IMG/VR virus record: IMGVR_UViG_3300020440_000840
Location: 1-24,582 of that record
Source of the DNA: a virus
Lineage: Duplodnaviria; Caudoviricetes
Direction: 5' to 3' (one strand)
Length of the DNA stretch: 24,582 nucleotides
The notes below the pieces were generated by a model, which was given only the letters and a program-made list of their open reading frames with translations, ran no database searches and was not told the origin of the DNA. Position 1 is the stretch's first letter; each line of letters opens with the position of its first letter. The position numbers and the translations under genes are program-made. Of the stretch, positions 6,956-14,615 are shown one piece after another.

Positions 6956-9048
6956 GTAGATATAGAAAAACAACAGGTCAACTTTTAGAAGAAGTAAGAC
7001 AAGAAGCAAAAACAAAAGACATCTATCATATGGCTTTTGCTGGTGATAAGGCTGACACAATTGCAAAGAAACTTAAATTAGATGTTGATACAGTTAAGAA
7101 AGTCTTAGGTGAAAGATTTAGTATGTCTGATTTTAAATCTAACGAAAAAGATAATAAACATAGTGAAAATGCATATGAACTTGCTAAAAGATTCGGTACA
7201 CGCCAAGAAATAGAAAGAATGGAAGGGATTTTAAAATTTATAAAACAAAGAGGTTATGTTGATAAAGTCGGCTATGATATGGGAATCAAAATAACAAAAA
7301 AATATGCTAGTAAATTAGAAGCATATAGAGAAGTCGAAGAAGATTGGAAAGATACTAACAAAAGAAATGTTGAGAAACATGGTAGTACAGGTAAAACAAA
7401 AGATGAAGACAGAGTTAAATCTCTAGAAAATGAGATTCAAAGATTAAAACTAGAATTAGAAAACGAAAAAAATGCTACTGTAAAACCAGAACCTAATCCT
7501 GATACAGGAGAAGTTCCTCTAACAGTAGGTGTTGCACACAAATATTTAAAAGACAAACAAGATAAGAAAGAAGTTAAGAAAGAAGAATTGGAAGAAGTGT
7601 TTAGTAGAAGTCAGATTGATAAACTTAAAAAACAATATGAACCTCTAAGAAATAAAAGAATTAATCCAACAAACTTAATGAAAGTATTTGATAAAATTGA
7701 CCATGATAAAAATACTCTGATTCAATTATATAAATCAGATATACCTTTTGTTAGTACACTAGCAGGAAGTAGACTTTCTCAAAAACATAATTTAAGTCCT
7801 AGGGATATTAAATCAATTATATCTAAAGTACCAGCTAGTATGTTCTCTAAAGAAGAAGTAGAACTTACAGAATACTTTGCAACAGTACATTCAGATAAGA
7901 AACCAATTGCAGACTTTATTAAGAAAAACAAATCAGGTATTGATTATGTAGATGATGACGCTGGTGGTAACATAGAGTTTGAAGGTAAAGGTGCTCATGA
8001 ACTTGCAGATAAAGTAAAGGCAAAGTTTGGTGTAAGAGTTACAAAAGAAAGTTTTGAACCAATAGAAGATAAATCATTAGATGAAAATAAACATACTCTA
8101 CCTAGTATGCGAGTGCCAATGACTGTTCAATATACTTACGGAAGAAATCCAATCTCATTTATGCAAACACTTACAGGTACTAAAGCAGGTAAGAAATTAA
8201 GAACTGTTTTCCCTCTTAAAAAGGGAAGTGGTGTATATACTTTAAAAGGCACAGGTGAAGACCATATAGACTTCTTAAAAGTATTAAACAGTAAAGGTAT
8301 AATGCCTAAGAATAAAATTATAGGTGAAGAACTAGAAGAAGACACTAACAAATATATTACAGAGAAAATAAAAGGATTAGAAAACAAGGCAAAGAAAACA
8401 GGCATGCCATATGGTATCTTAAAGAAAGTATATGATAGAGGTATGGCTGCATGGAAAGGTGGTCATAGACCTGGTGCAACTCAACAACAATGGGCATTTG
8501 CAAGAGTAAATTCTTTTGTAACTAAATCATCTGGTACATGGGGTAAGGCAGATAAAGACCTTGCACAAAAAGTAAGAGCTGCAGAATCAGTAGAAGAATC
8601 AAGACAACTAAAAGATAAAGAAAAAGAAATGATGGTTGTTAAAAATGGCAAAGTAATAGTCATAGATAAGTCTGATTTTGATAAGTATAAGTCAAAAGGA
8701 TATATACAGGCTGAAGATATAGAAAATGAGGCATGTTGGGATTCACACAAACAAGTAGGTTTCAAAATGAAAGGTGGTAAGAGAGTACCTAACTGTGTGC
8801 CAAAGAATGAAGAACTAGAAGAATCTGTACAAGAGGCAGATTTAACAGACAAACAAGTAGATATGGTAAAAAAAGTCGCAGACAAATTACCTAAAGATGA
8901 TTTCAAAAAACGATATGGTAAAGACGCCGATAATGTTAAATTCGGAACTGCTACTAATATTGTTAAGAAAAAACTAAACATTGATGGCTACGAGGGCGCT
9001 AGAAACCTTGTGGACAGACTATTAAAACAGGAGAAAGGAGATGAGTAA
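6952..9048 (+). CDS. Large modular charged protein, putative head-internal polyprotein
   Basis: 698 aa of short modules separated by E-rich (L/I/V)xE linkers. Contains VYDRGMAAWKGGHRPGATQQQWAFARVNSF (DUF5824-like) and CWDSHKQVGFKMKGGKRVPNCVP motifs. GAGG SD. Confidence 0.75.
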   Translation: MSRYRKTTGQLLEEVRQEAKTKDIYHMAFAGDKADTIAKKLKLDVDTVKKVLGERFSMSDFKSNEKDNKHSENAYELAKRFGTRQEIERMEGILKFIKQRGYVDKVGYDMGIKITKKYASKLEAYREVEEDWKDTNKRNVEKHGSTGKTKDEDRVKSLENEIQRLKLELENEKNATVKPEPNPDTGEVPLTVGVAHKYLKDKQDKKEVKKEELEEVFSRSQIDKLKKQYEPLRNKRINPTNLMKVFDKIDHDKNTLIQLYKSDIPFVSTLAGSRLSQKHNLSPRDIKSIISKVPASMFSKEEVELTEYFATVHSDKKPIADFIKKNKSGIDYVDDDAGGNIEFEGKGAHELADKVKAKFGVRVTKESFEPIEDKSLDENKHTLPSMRVPMTVQYTYGRNPISFMQTLTGTKAGKKLRTVFPLKKGSGVYTLKGTGEDHIDFLKVLNSKGIMPKNKIIGEELEEDTNKYITEKIKGLENKAKKTGMPYGILKKVYDRGMAAWKGGHRPGATQQQWAFARVNSFVTKSSGTWGKADKDLAQKVRAAESVEESRQLKDKEKEMMVVKNGKVIVIDKSDFDKYKSKGYIQAEDIENEACWDSHKQVGFKMKGGKRVPNCVPKNEELEESVQEADLTDKQVDMVKKVADKLPKDDFKKRYGKDADNVKFGTATNIVKKKLNIDGYEGARNLVDRLLKQEKGDE

Positions 9049-9817
9049 ATATCTTGAAACTAAAAAAGGTAGTCTAGAGGATATGGTAGCAGGCGTAACA
9101 GAAGGCAAACAATCCGAAGATTACAAACAATTATTTAAGAAAGAACTTGAAAAGACTGGTAAAGGAATTGGTTCTATGTCAGACATGGAAAAGAAAGCTT
9201 TCTTTAATAAGATAGACAAAAAACATACAGCAAAAAATGAAGAAGGTTCAAAAGAGATTCAAAAAAAGAATATGAGAACTTCACCAGGTGAAGGCACAGG
9301 TGCAGTTGGCGGACCTAAACTAACAGAATCAGTAGAACTAGAAGAAGGTGGTGTCAAAGACTTCTTAATGGATGTTGAAGATGACGCTTCTGATATGAGT
9401 TTAAATGACTTAATCAAAAAGTATTATGGTCAAATGGGTTTATCTGCTCAAGAAATCAAAAAGATTTATTACAGAGTAAACGAATCTGTAAATGAAGAAT
9501 CTGAAGAAAAAGAAGAAGTTAAATCTTTAAGAGATACAGTACATGACATTTGGAATCAGGCTGCTAACGAAGAAGAAACAAGAGAAGATAAGGCAAAATA
9601 CTACAAACCAGTAGAAGAAGAAAAAAAAAGCCTGAATGAAGAAAAAATAAAGTGTCCTAACTGTGGTCATATGAATGACGCTGACGCTCATAAATGTTCT
9701 AACTGTGGCGCTTCATTAAACAGTAAAAGTGAAGATAAAGACGGAAAGAAAAAAGCTATGACTGGTTCACCTGCTACTAAAGTAGATACAACACCAGAAG
9801 TAGAATACGATAAATAA
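9041..9817 (+). CDS. Acidic hypothetical protein with a C-terminal zinc ribbon
   Basis: 258 aa; CPNCG-x9-CSNCG; AGGAG SD. Confidence 0.75.
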   Translation: MSKYLETKKGSLEDMVAGVTEGKQSEDYKQLFKKELEKTGKGIGSMSDMEKKAFFNKIDKKHTAKNEEGSKEIQKKNMRTSPGEGTGAVGGPKLTESVELEEGGVKDFLMDVEDDASDMSLNDLIKKYYGQMGLSAQEIKKIYYRVNESVNEESEEKEEVKSLRDTVHDIWNQAANEEETREDKAKYYKPVEEEKKSLNEEKIKCPNCGHMNDADAHKCSNCGASLNSKSEDKDGKKKAMTGSPATKVDTTPEVEYDK

Positions 9818-10284
9818 TGATAATATATTGTGATATGGATGGAGTCCTTTGCGACTTTGAAAGGCAATGGGCTCGAACAGCAAAAATGCCGTTCTCAAAA
9901 TTTCAAACATTAAGTGTACATGACAGATGGAAACCTGTTAGAGACCATGGTGGATTTTGGGAAACTATGCCATGGAAAGGTGATGGTAAAATGTTATGGA
10001 ACTATATTAAAAAACATGATGTAAGAATCTTATCAGCATATTCATCATCAGACCCAGCATGTATGCCTGGTAAAAGAAAGTGGTTATCAAAAAACATATC
10101 AATATCTAGTGCTAAAATTCATTTAGTACAAAGAAGTCAAAAACAAATCTATTCAAAGAAAAATACTATACTTATAGATGATTATATAAGAAACACTAAA
10201 GAGTTTAGTGCAAAAGGTGGTATAGGTATTAGACATAAAAGAACAGGTTCAACAATTTCAGAACTCAAAAAACTAGGTTTATAG
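9817..10284 (+). CDS. HAD-family 5'(3')-nucleotidase/phosphatase (NT5C-like)
   Basis: YCDMDGVLCDF motif I, ILSA, GKRKWL, K..Y...ILIDD..N..EF...GG.GI. Confidence 0.85.
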   Translation: MIIYCDMDGVLCDFERQWARTAKMPFSKFQTLSVHDRWKPVRDHGGFWETMPWKGDGKMLWNYIKKHDVRILSAYSSSDPACMPGKRKWLSKNISISSAKIHLVQRSQKQIYSKKNTILIDDYIRNTKEFSAKGGIGIRHKRTGSTISELKKLGL

Positions 10285-10295
10285 AGATTATCTCT

Positions 10296-10303
10296 TATAA
10301 ATA
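10296..10303 (+). promoter_or_regulatory. T4 late promoter TATAAATA
   Basis: Exact consensus, intergenic, upstream of the AGGAG SD and ATG 10365. Confidence 0.8.
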
Positions 10304-10364
10304 GTATCATATATTAAAAAGGTGATTAATTGCAATTAATTAAATTTATAACAGGAGAGAAATT

Positions 10365-11096
10365 ATGAGCTCATGGGGAAAATCAACTTCCGCTGAAAGT
10401 AGACCAAAATTTCTAAAAGGCGACAATTCTAAGCACAAAAAAGAAGATTGTTTTGCAACTACTAGAGGTTGGGAAATGAAAGCTGGAACTGCTTCAAGTG
10501 GTAACGGTAATTCAAGTGCTGATTCAGAAGTGATTGTGGCCCTAGGAAACTTAGGCGTAACTTTAGGGGCGGCTAATATTTTATCAGCAGACTTTACTGC
10601 CGGTGAATATGCAAGAGGAGAAACTTTTGATATCGTATTGACTTTTGATGAAGCAATAACAGTAACATCAGCTGCATGGTCAGCTGACCAAGTTATTTCA
10701 AACAAAGTTTACTTCGATATCGACAATTATGGACCAACGGATATGGCATCCGATGGTGGTTTGAAAATGCAATACTATTCTGGTTCAGGAACTAACCAAC
10801 TAACATTTAGAGGTACTATACCAGATACAGCTGTTGCTGGTGGTTATTTGGGACATGGTACATATACTTTGGGAACTAATGGTTCTTCAGCACTGGTTGA
10901 CGGTGATGGTACAGCCGTTACTGAAGGAGATTTAGCAGGTGGTTCAGCAATAGGTGGACCAGCAGGTAATGCTGAAGTTTTCGGTAATGCTGTTTACAAA
11001 ACAGGTTCTACTACCGTATTTACAGAAGAAACTAAAGCAGGGTCTTCATCAGGTTCTGCTCAGATACTTGTAGGTGTAACAACCGCTGTATCATAA
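10365..11096 (+). CDS. Putative virion structural protein (G/S/T/A-rich beta protein)
   Basis: 243 aa with a late promoter. MSSWG..RPKFL start, LTFDEAITVT and YYSGSGTNQLTF Ig-like strands. Confidence 0.6.
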   Translation: MSSWGKSTSAESRPKFLKGDNSKHKKEDCFATTRGWEMKAGTASSGNGNSSADSEVIVALGNLGVTLGAANILSADFTAGEYARGETFDIVLTFDEAITVTSAAWSADQVISNKVYFDIDNYGPTDMASDGGLKMQYYSGSGTNQLTFRGTIPDTAVAGGYLGHGTYTLGTNGSSALVDGDGTAVTEGDLAGGSAIGGPAGNAEVFGNAVYKTGSTTVFTEETKAGSSSGSAQILVGVTTAVS

Positions 11097-11098
11097 CA

Positions 11099-11106
11099 TA
11101 TAAATA
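11099..11106 (+). promoter_or_regulatory. T4 late promoter TATAAATA
   Basis: Exact consensus immediately after the stop of the preceding gene. Confidence 0.8.
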
Positions 11107-11112
11107 ATGATA

Positions 11113-11191
11113 GAAAGGGAAGGAAACTTTCGTGCAGACTTCCCTTTCACTTTGGTCCATGTGTATGCATGGAGTAGCATTCCCGAAAGGG
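11113..11191 (+). other. Structured leader with three consecutive hairpins
   Basis: GAAAGGGAAG/CTTCCCTTTC (11113-22/11139-48), TCCATGT/GCATGGA (11156-62/11167-73) and CCC-GAAA-GGG (11182-91), just before AGGAG 11195. Confidence 0.6.
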
Positions 11192-11205
11192 TTTAGGAGA
11201 AAAAA

Positions 11206-11667
11206 ATGGCAGACAAAAAAATAACAGCATTAACTGACTTAGGAGATTCATTAGCTACCGCTGATTTATTTCATGTTGTAGATGACCCAAGTGGTACACC
11301 AGTCAATAAGAAGATAGCTGCTGAAGATGTTTTTAATAACATACCTTCATGGTTAGGTTTAAAACAAACTTCACAATCAGAAACAGCAGATGGTTCAACA
11401 ACTATCGCAATTAATGTTACAACAGCAATAACAGAGATTAACGCTACATCGGCGCTAAGTGCCTGTTCATTAGCAGATGGTGCTGACGGTCAAGTAAAGA
11501 CTATCATCAACACATCTACAAGTAACACTAATGTACTTACAATTACACCTAGTAATCTAAGAGGATATACAAATGTTCTTTTAAATGCACCTGGTGAAAC
11601 AGTAACATTACTATTTAAAAATTCAAACTGGAACATTATAGCAGGTAACGGCTATACTACATCATAA
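11206..11667 (+). CDS. Putative virion fibre/decoration protein
   Basis: 153 aa, T/A/N-rich. The N-terminal KKITAL..DLFHVVD..NKKI motif is typical of phage fibre attachment segments. Late promoter upstream. Confidence 0.6.
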   Translation: MADKKITALTDLGDSLATADLFHVVDDPSGTPVNKKIAAEDVFNNIPSWLGLKQTSQSETADGSTTIAINVTTAITEINATSALSACSLADGADGQVKTIINTSTSNTNVLTITPSNLRGYTNVLLNAPGETVTLLFKNSNWNIIAGNGYTTS

Positions 11668-11687
11668 TTATATTATAGGAGTTAATC

Positions 11688-11924
11688 ATGGCGAAAACAA
11701 TTGATGAAAAGTTATTAATGGAAGAGAGAAAAACTTTAGAAGATGATTATAAATCTACTGAAGAAAAAATAAAACTTATTGAAAAAGAACTGATAAATTT
11801 AAAGAGTAATCTTAATGCTATCTATGGGGCGGTTCAACAAGTGGACAAATTGATAGTTATGTCGAAAGAAGGTAACAAGTCAAAGTCAAGACAAGAGGCA
11901 GACAAGGCAAGTGAAGTCGCTTAA
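11688..11924 (+). CDS. Coiled-coil hypothetical protein (possible fibre chaperone)
   Basis: 78 aa, heptad pattern, AGGAG SD. Confidence 0.7.
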   Translation: MAKTIDEKLLMEERKTLEDDYKSTEEKIKLIEKELINLKSNLNAIYGAVQQVDKLIVMSKEGNKSKSRQEADKASEVA

Positions 11925-12027
11925 AAAACATATAGAAGAAGAAGATAACTTGAAAGAGTTTGAAGAGGATTTATTGGCGAAGGAAGAGAGCGCCGATGAA
12001 TCTGAAATTAACGAGGAAGACAAATGA
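11911..12027 (+). CDS. Small acidic protein not in the ORF track (MKSLKKHIEEEDNLKEFEEDLLAKEESADESEINEEDK)
   Basis: GTG start, 38 aa. Fills the gap exactly and ends in an ATGA overlap with 12024. Confidence 0.6.
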   Translation: MKSLKKHIEEEDNLKEFEEDLLAKEESADESEINEEDK

Positions 12028-12461
12028 AAACTTTTAAACAACATATATCAGAAAGTGGTGTTAAAACAGCGGCTGCTGTTGGTACAACTGTTGATGGTAA
12101 ATCTGTTGAAGACAGCCAAATAGGGGCTTTCAATGTACAAGATGAAGATGTTCTTAAAGTAGTTAATGGTTTTGTTGGTTCTATCGCAGAGGGTGAATAC
12201 ATCAACCCACAACATGCATTAGACAAACTAAATGAAAAACTATCTAGAGTAGGTCTACATTGTGATTGTACAATAGAGGGTGAAAATGGCACTAACACTT
12301 TTGATATGAAAAGGCATGGTGGCAGATTTGGTAAAGATACAGATGGTTCAGACATAAATGATGATGGTATTTCACATGTAAAAGAAGGTGGATTAAAACT
12401 GGAAGTTAAACATGAAAGAATATCAAATGGTACATTTAAAGTTTATGCAAAATTAATTTAA
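12024..12461 (+). CDS. Hypothetical protein with a CTS-like leader MKTFKQHISE
   Basis: 145 aa; GAGG SD; GGRFGKD..G....DDG motif. Confidence 0.75.
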   Translation: MKTFKQHISESGVKTAAAVGTTVDGKSVEDSQIGAFNVQDEDVLKVVNGFVGSIAEGEYINPQHALDKLNEKLSRVGLHCDCTIEGENGTNTFDMKRHGGRFGKDTDGSDINDDGISHVKEGGLKLEVKHERISNGTFKVYAKLI

Positions 12462-12478
12462 TTTAATTAAGGTATATT

Positions 12479-12844
12479 ATGGTTTTTGAAACAATTACGA
12501 ATGATAATTGGTTGACTTATGCAATGAAAAGTTATGACAACCCTACACTTGAAAAAGATGTAGAGTTTAATGATGATTTAAAAAGGTTTAAGTATTTAAA
12601 AAGATTATTTCGTAAGTATGAATTGACAGGCAATATGAAAGTGAGATTGGCAGTTAATCACATTGTAGTATTACACAATGTTTTTAATACGGATACTGCT
12701 ACTACTTTACTATTGTTTAAGATAGACCGAGTATATTGGCCTATCTTAAAGTCAATTTTGAGTTACTTAGACTATTTGTACCCGAATGAATTAGATGACA
12801 TTGCTGAAGATGAAAAGATTACAAAGATGTTAGAGGAACTATAA
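12479..12844 (+). CDS. Conserved T4-like phage hypothetical protein
   Basis: 121 aa. YDNP..EFNDDLKRFKYLKRL..NHIVVLHNVF pattern, recalled from marine T4-like genomes. Confidence 0.75.
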   Translation: MVFETITNDNWLTYAMKSYDNPTLEKDVEFNDDLKRFKYLKRLFRKYELTGNMKVRLAVNHIVVLHNVFNTDTATTLLLFKIDRVYWPILKSILSYLDYLYPNELDDIAEDEKITKMLEEL

Positions 12845-13335
12845 TGGCAAGTAGAGCTGTAGATTTATTAATAACATATAGAATAATGAAATTATTAGTA
12901 ACACCTTTTGATAAACAAGAGGCGTTTAAGTATGGTATTATAGATAAACAAGGTAAAGTTTTAAAACCTTGGAGAACTCTTAAAGGTTCACAAGAAAAAT
13001 CTTCATATACAATGCTTCATAGATTTGTTTTTAATCTAAAAAGAATTTTGCAGAAAGTAGGTTTAGGTGGTAAACTAGGAACTTTTGCTGTTGCACTTGC
13101 AACATTGATAAGAGAGAACAAAGAGTTTGAACCACATCAAAAACTTATAGAAAGTACAATAGTAAAGTATTTAAAAGAACAAAAACTTTACGAAGAACTT
13201 TTACAAGAAGAAGGACACATTATAGAATATGTACCTTTAGAAGATAAACCTGTTAATACATGTTTCGGTATTGACTGTTATCAAATAGGTAACACTATCG
13301 TAGAAGAAAAAGAATATGCCAAATCAAAAATATAA
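12844..13335 (+). CDS. Conserved T4-like phage hypothetical protein
   Basis: 163 aa; YRIMKLLVTPF..AFKYGIID..G..L and HRFVFNLKR; GAGG SD. Confidence 0.75.
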   Translation: MASRAVDLLITYRIMKLLVTPFDKQEAFKYGIIDKQGKVLKPWRTLKGSQEKSSYTMLHRFVFNLKRILQKVGLGGKLGTFAVALATLIRENKEFEPHQKLIESTIVKYLKEQKLYEELLQEEGHIIEYVPLEDKPVNTCFGIDCYQIGNTIVEEKEYAKSKI

Positions 13336-14080
13336 AGAATTTTTAACAAAGATTACTACTGAAGACATAGTAAATAAAATGTCAGAAGACAAACATACAT
13401 GTCCTAAGTCAGTAGGTAATGTAGATTTAAATACAAAGAACAGAGACTTAACAACAAAGAAACATGGTTATGGTCCTCTTAATGTAGATGAACCTGGAGA
13501 TTTCTGGGAAAAGATTGCGAAACAATGGGACACATCTACTAAGGCAGCTAAGATGTCTTTATGTGCAAACTGTATCGCATTTGATATTTCACCTAGAATG
13601 AAAGAGTGTATGCCTGGCGTTGCAAGTGATGGCGAAGGTGAACTAGGTTACTGTTGGATGCATGACTTTAAATGTCATAGTAAAAGAACTTGTAATACAT
13701 GGGCAAAAGGTGGTGCTATAACAACAGATAAAATATCTTACGAGTGGCAAGATAGGTCAAGTCTAGAAGAAGACGCCCCAACTAATTCAGTATCAGCAGG
13801 TGGTGTAGATATGGCACCTAATGCTAGACACCCATTATCAAAGTCATACAATAAGTATAGAAAAGATAATGAAAAAGAAACATTAAAAAGAAAGAAAAAA
13901 ATAGGTCAGATGGTCAAAGAAAATGATGACAACAATAATAACATTTTAAAAGGTGTTAATCAGACATTAGATTTATTAGAAGATAAGATAGATGAATTTT
14001 GTGGTATAGATAATACAATAGAATTTAAAGAAGAAAAAGAATACAAATCATTTAGTGAAAAATTTAAAGTAGGCAAATGA
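13316..14080 (+). CDS. Modular hypothetical protein with a Cys-rich metal-binding domain
   Basis: 254 aa; CANC..C..GYC..FKC..RTCNTW followed by a LEE-DAPTN module. Confidence 0.7.
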   Translation: MPNQKYKEFLTKITTEDIVNKMSEDKHTCPKSVGNVDLNTKNRDLTTKKHGYGPLNVDEPGDFWEKIAKQWDTSTKAAKMSLCANCIAFDISPRMKECMPGVASDGEGELGYCWMHDFKCHSKRTCNTWAKGGAITTDKISYEWQDRSSLEEDAPTNSVSAGGVDMAPNARHPLSKSYNKYRKDNEKETLKRKKKIGQMVKENDDNNNNILKGVNQTLDLLEDKIDEFCGIDNTIEFKEEKEYKSFSEKFKVGK

Positions 14081-14484
14081 AAACATTTCAAGAACTAAAA
14101 GAATATCTAGGTGGATTTAGATTAGGTTCTTTTCCTACAATGAAACCTATGGCAAGTCTAGGTGATAAAGCACCCAATAGACCTGCTGGACAACAAAGTC
14201 TAGGTGTAGGTATCAATGCAGCTTATACATCACAAGCCGCAGGTACAATGAAACCTTTTTTAAAGGCACAGAATAATAAAGTGCTTAATAAAATAAAAGA
14301 TAAGTACAACTTAACAAAAGACCAACTTGCAGATTTAACAAGATTGCCTATGAGTACATTAACAAGTATTCTAAATTCTGCTGGTGCTCTTGCACAATAT
14401 TTACCTATGGGTGAAGAAAAATGTTCAGAAGGTACAGAATTAGAAAAATATTTTGATAACATTGAAAAGGAGAAAAACAAATGA
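14077..14484 (+). CDS. Hypothetical protein with a CTS-like leader MKTFQELKE
   Basis: 135 aa, ATGA overlaps at both ends. Confidence 0.7.
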   Translation: MKTFQELKEYLGGFRLGSFPTMKPMASLGDKAPNRPAGQQSLGVGINAAYTSQAAGTMKPFLKAQNNKVLNKIKDKYNLTKDQLADLTRLPMSTLTSILNSAGALAQYLPMGEEKCSEGTELEKYFDNIEKEKNK

Positions 14485-14591
14485 TTGATAAAATAAAATC
14501 ACTAGTAGATAGTCTTCTCATCAAACTAGGCTTAAAAAAAGCAAAAATTGAGAGAAAAAAGAAGATTAGAAGAAAAAAAATTACTAAATAA
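14481..14591 (+). CDS. Small basic peptide not in the ORF track (MIDKIKSLVDSLLIKLGLKKAKIERKKKIRRKKITK)
   Basis: AAGGAG SD at 14467-72, ATGA overlap, 36 aa filling the gap. Confidence 0.65.
   Translation: MIDKIKSLVDSLLIKLGLKKAKIERKKKIRRKKITK
14583..14590 (+). promoter_or_regulatory. Possible late promoter variant (ACTAAATA)
   Basis: TAAATA core 25 nt upstream of ATG 14616. Imperfect match. Confidence 0.4.
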
Positions 14592-14615
14592 TAGTAGATA
14601 AACAAGGAATAGACA

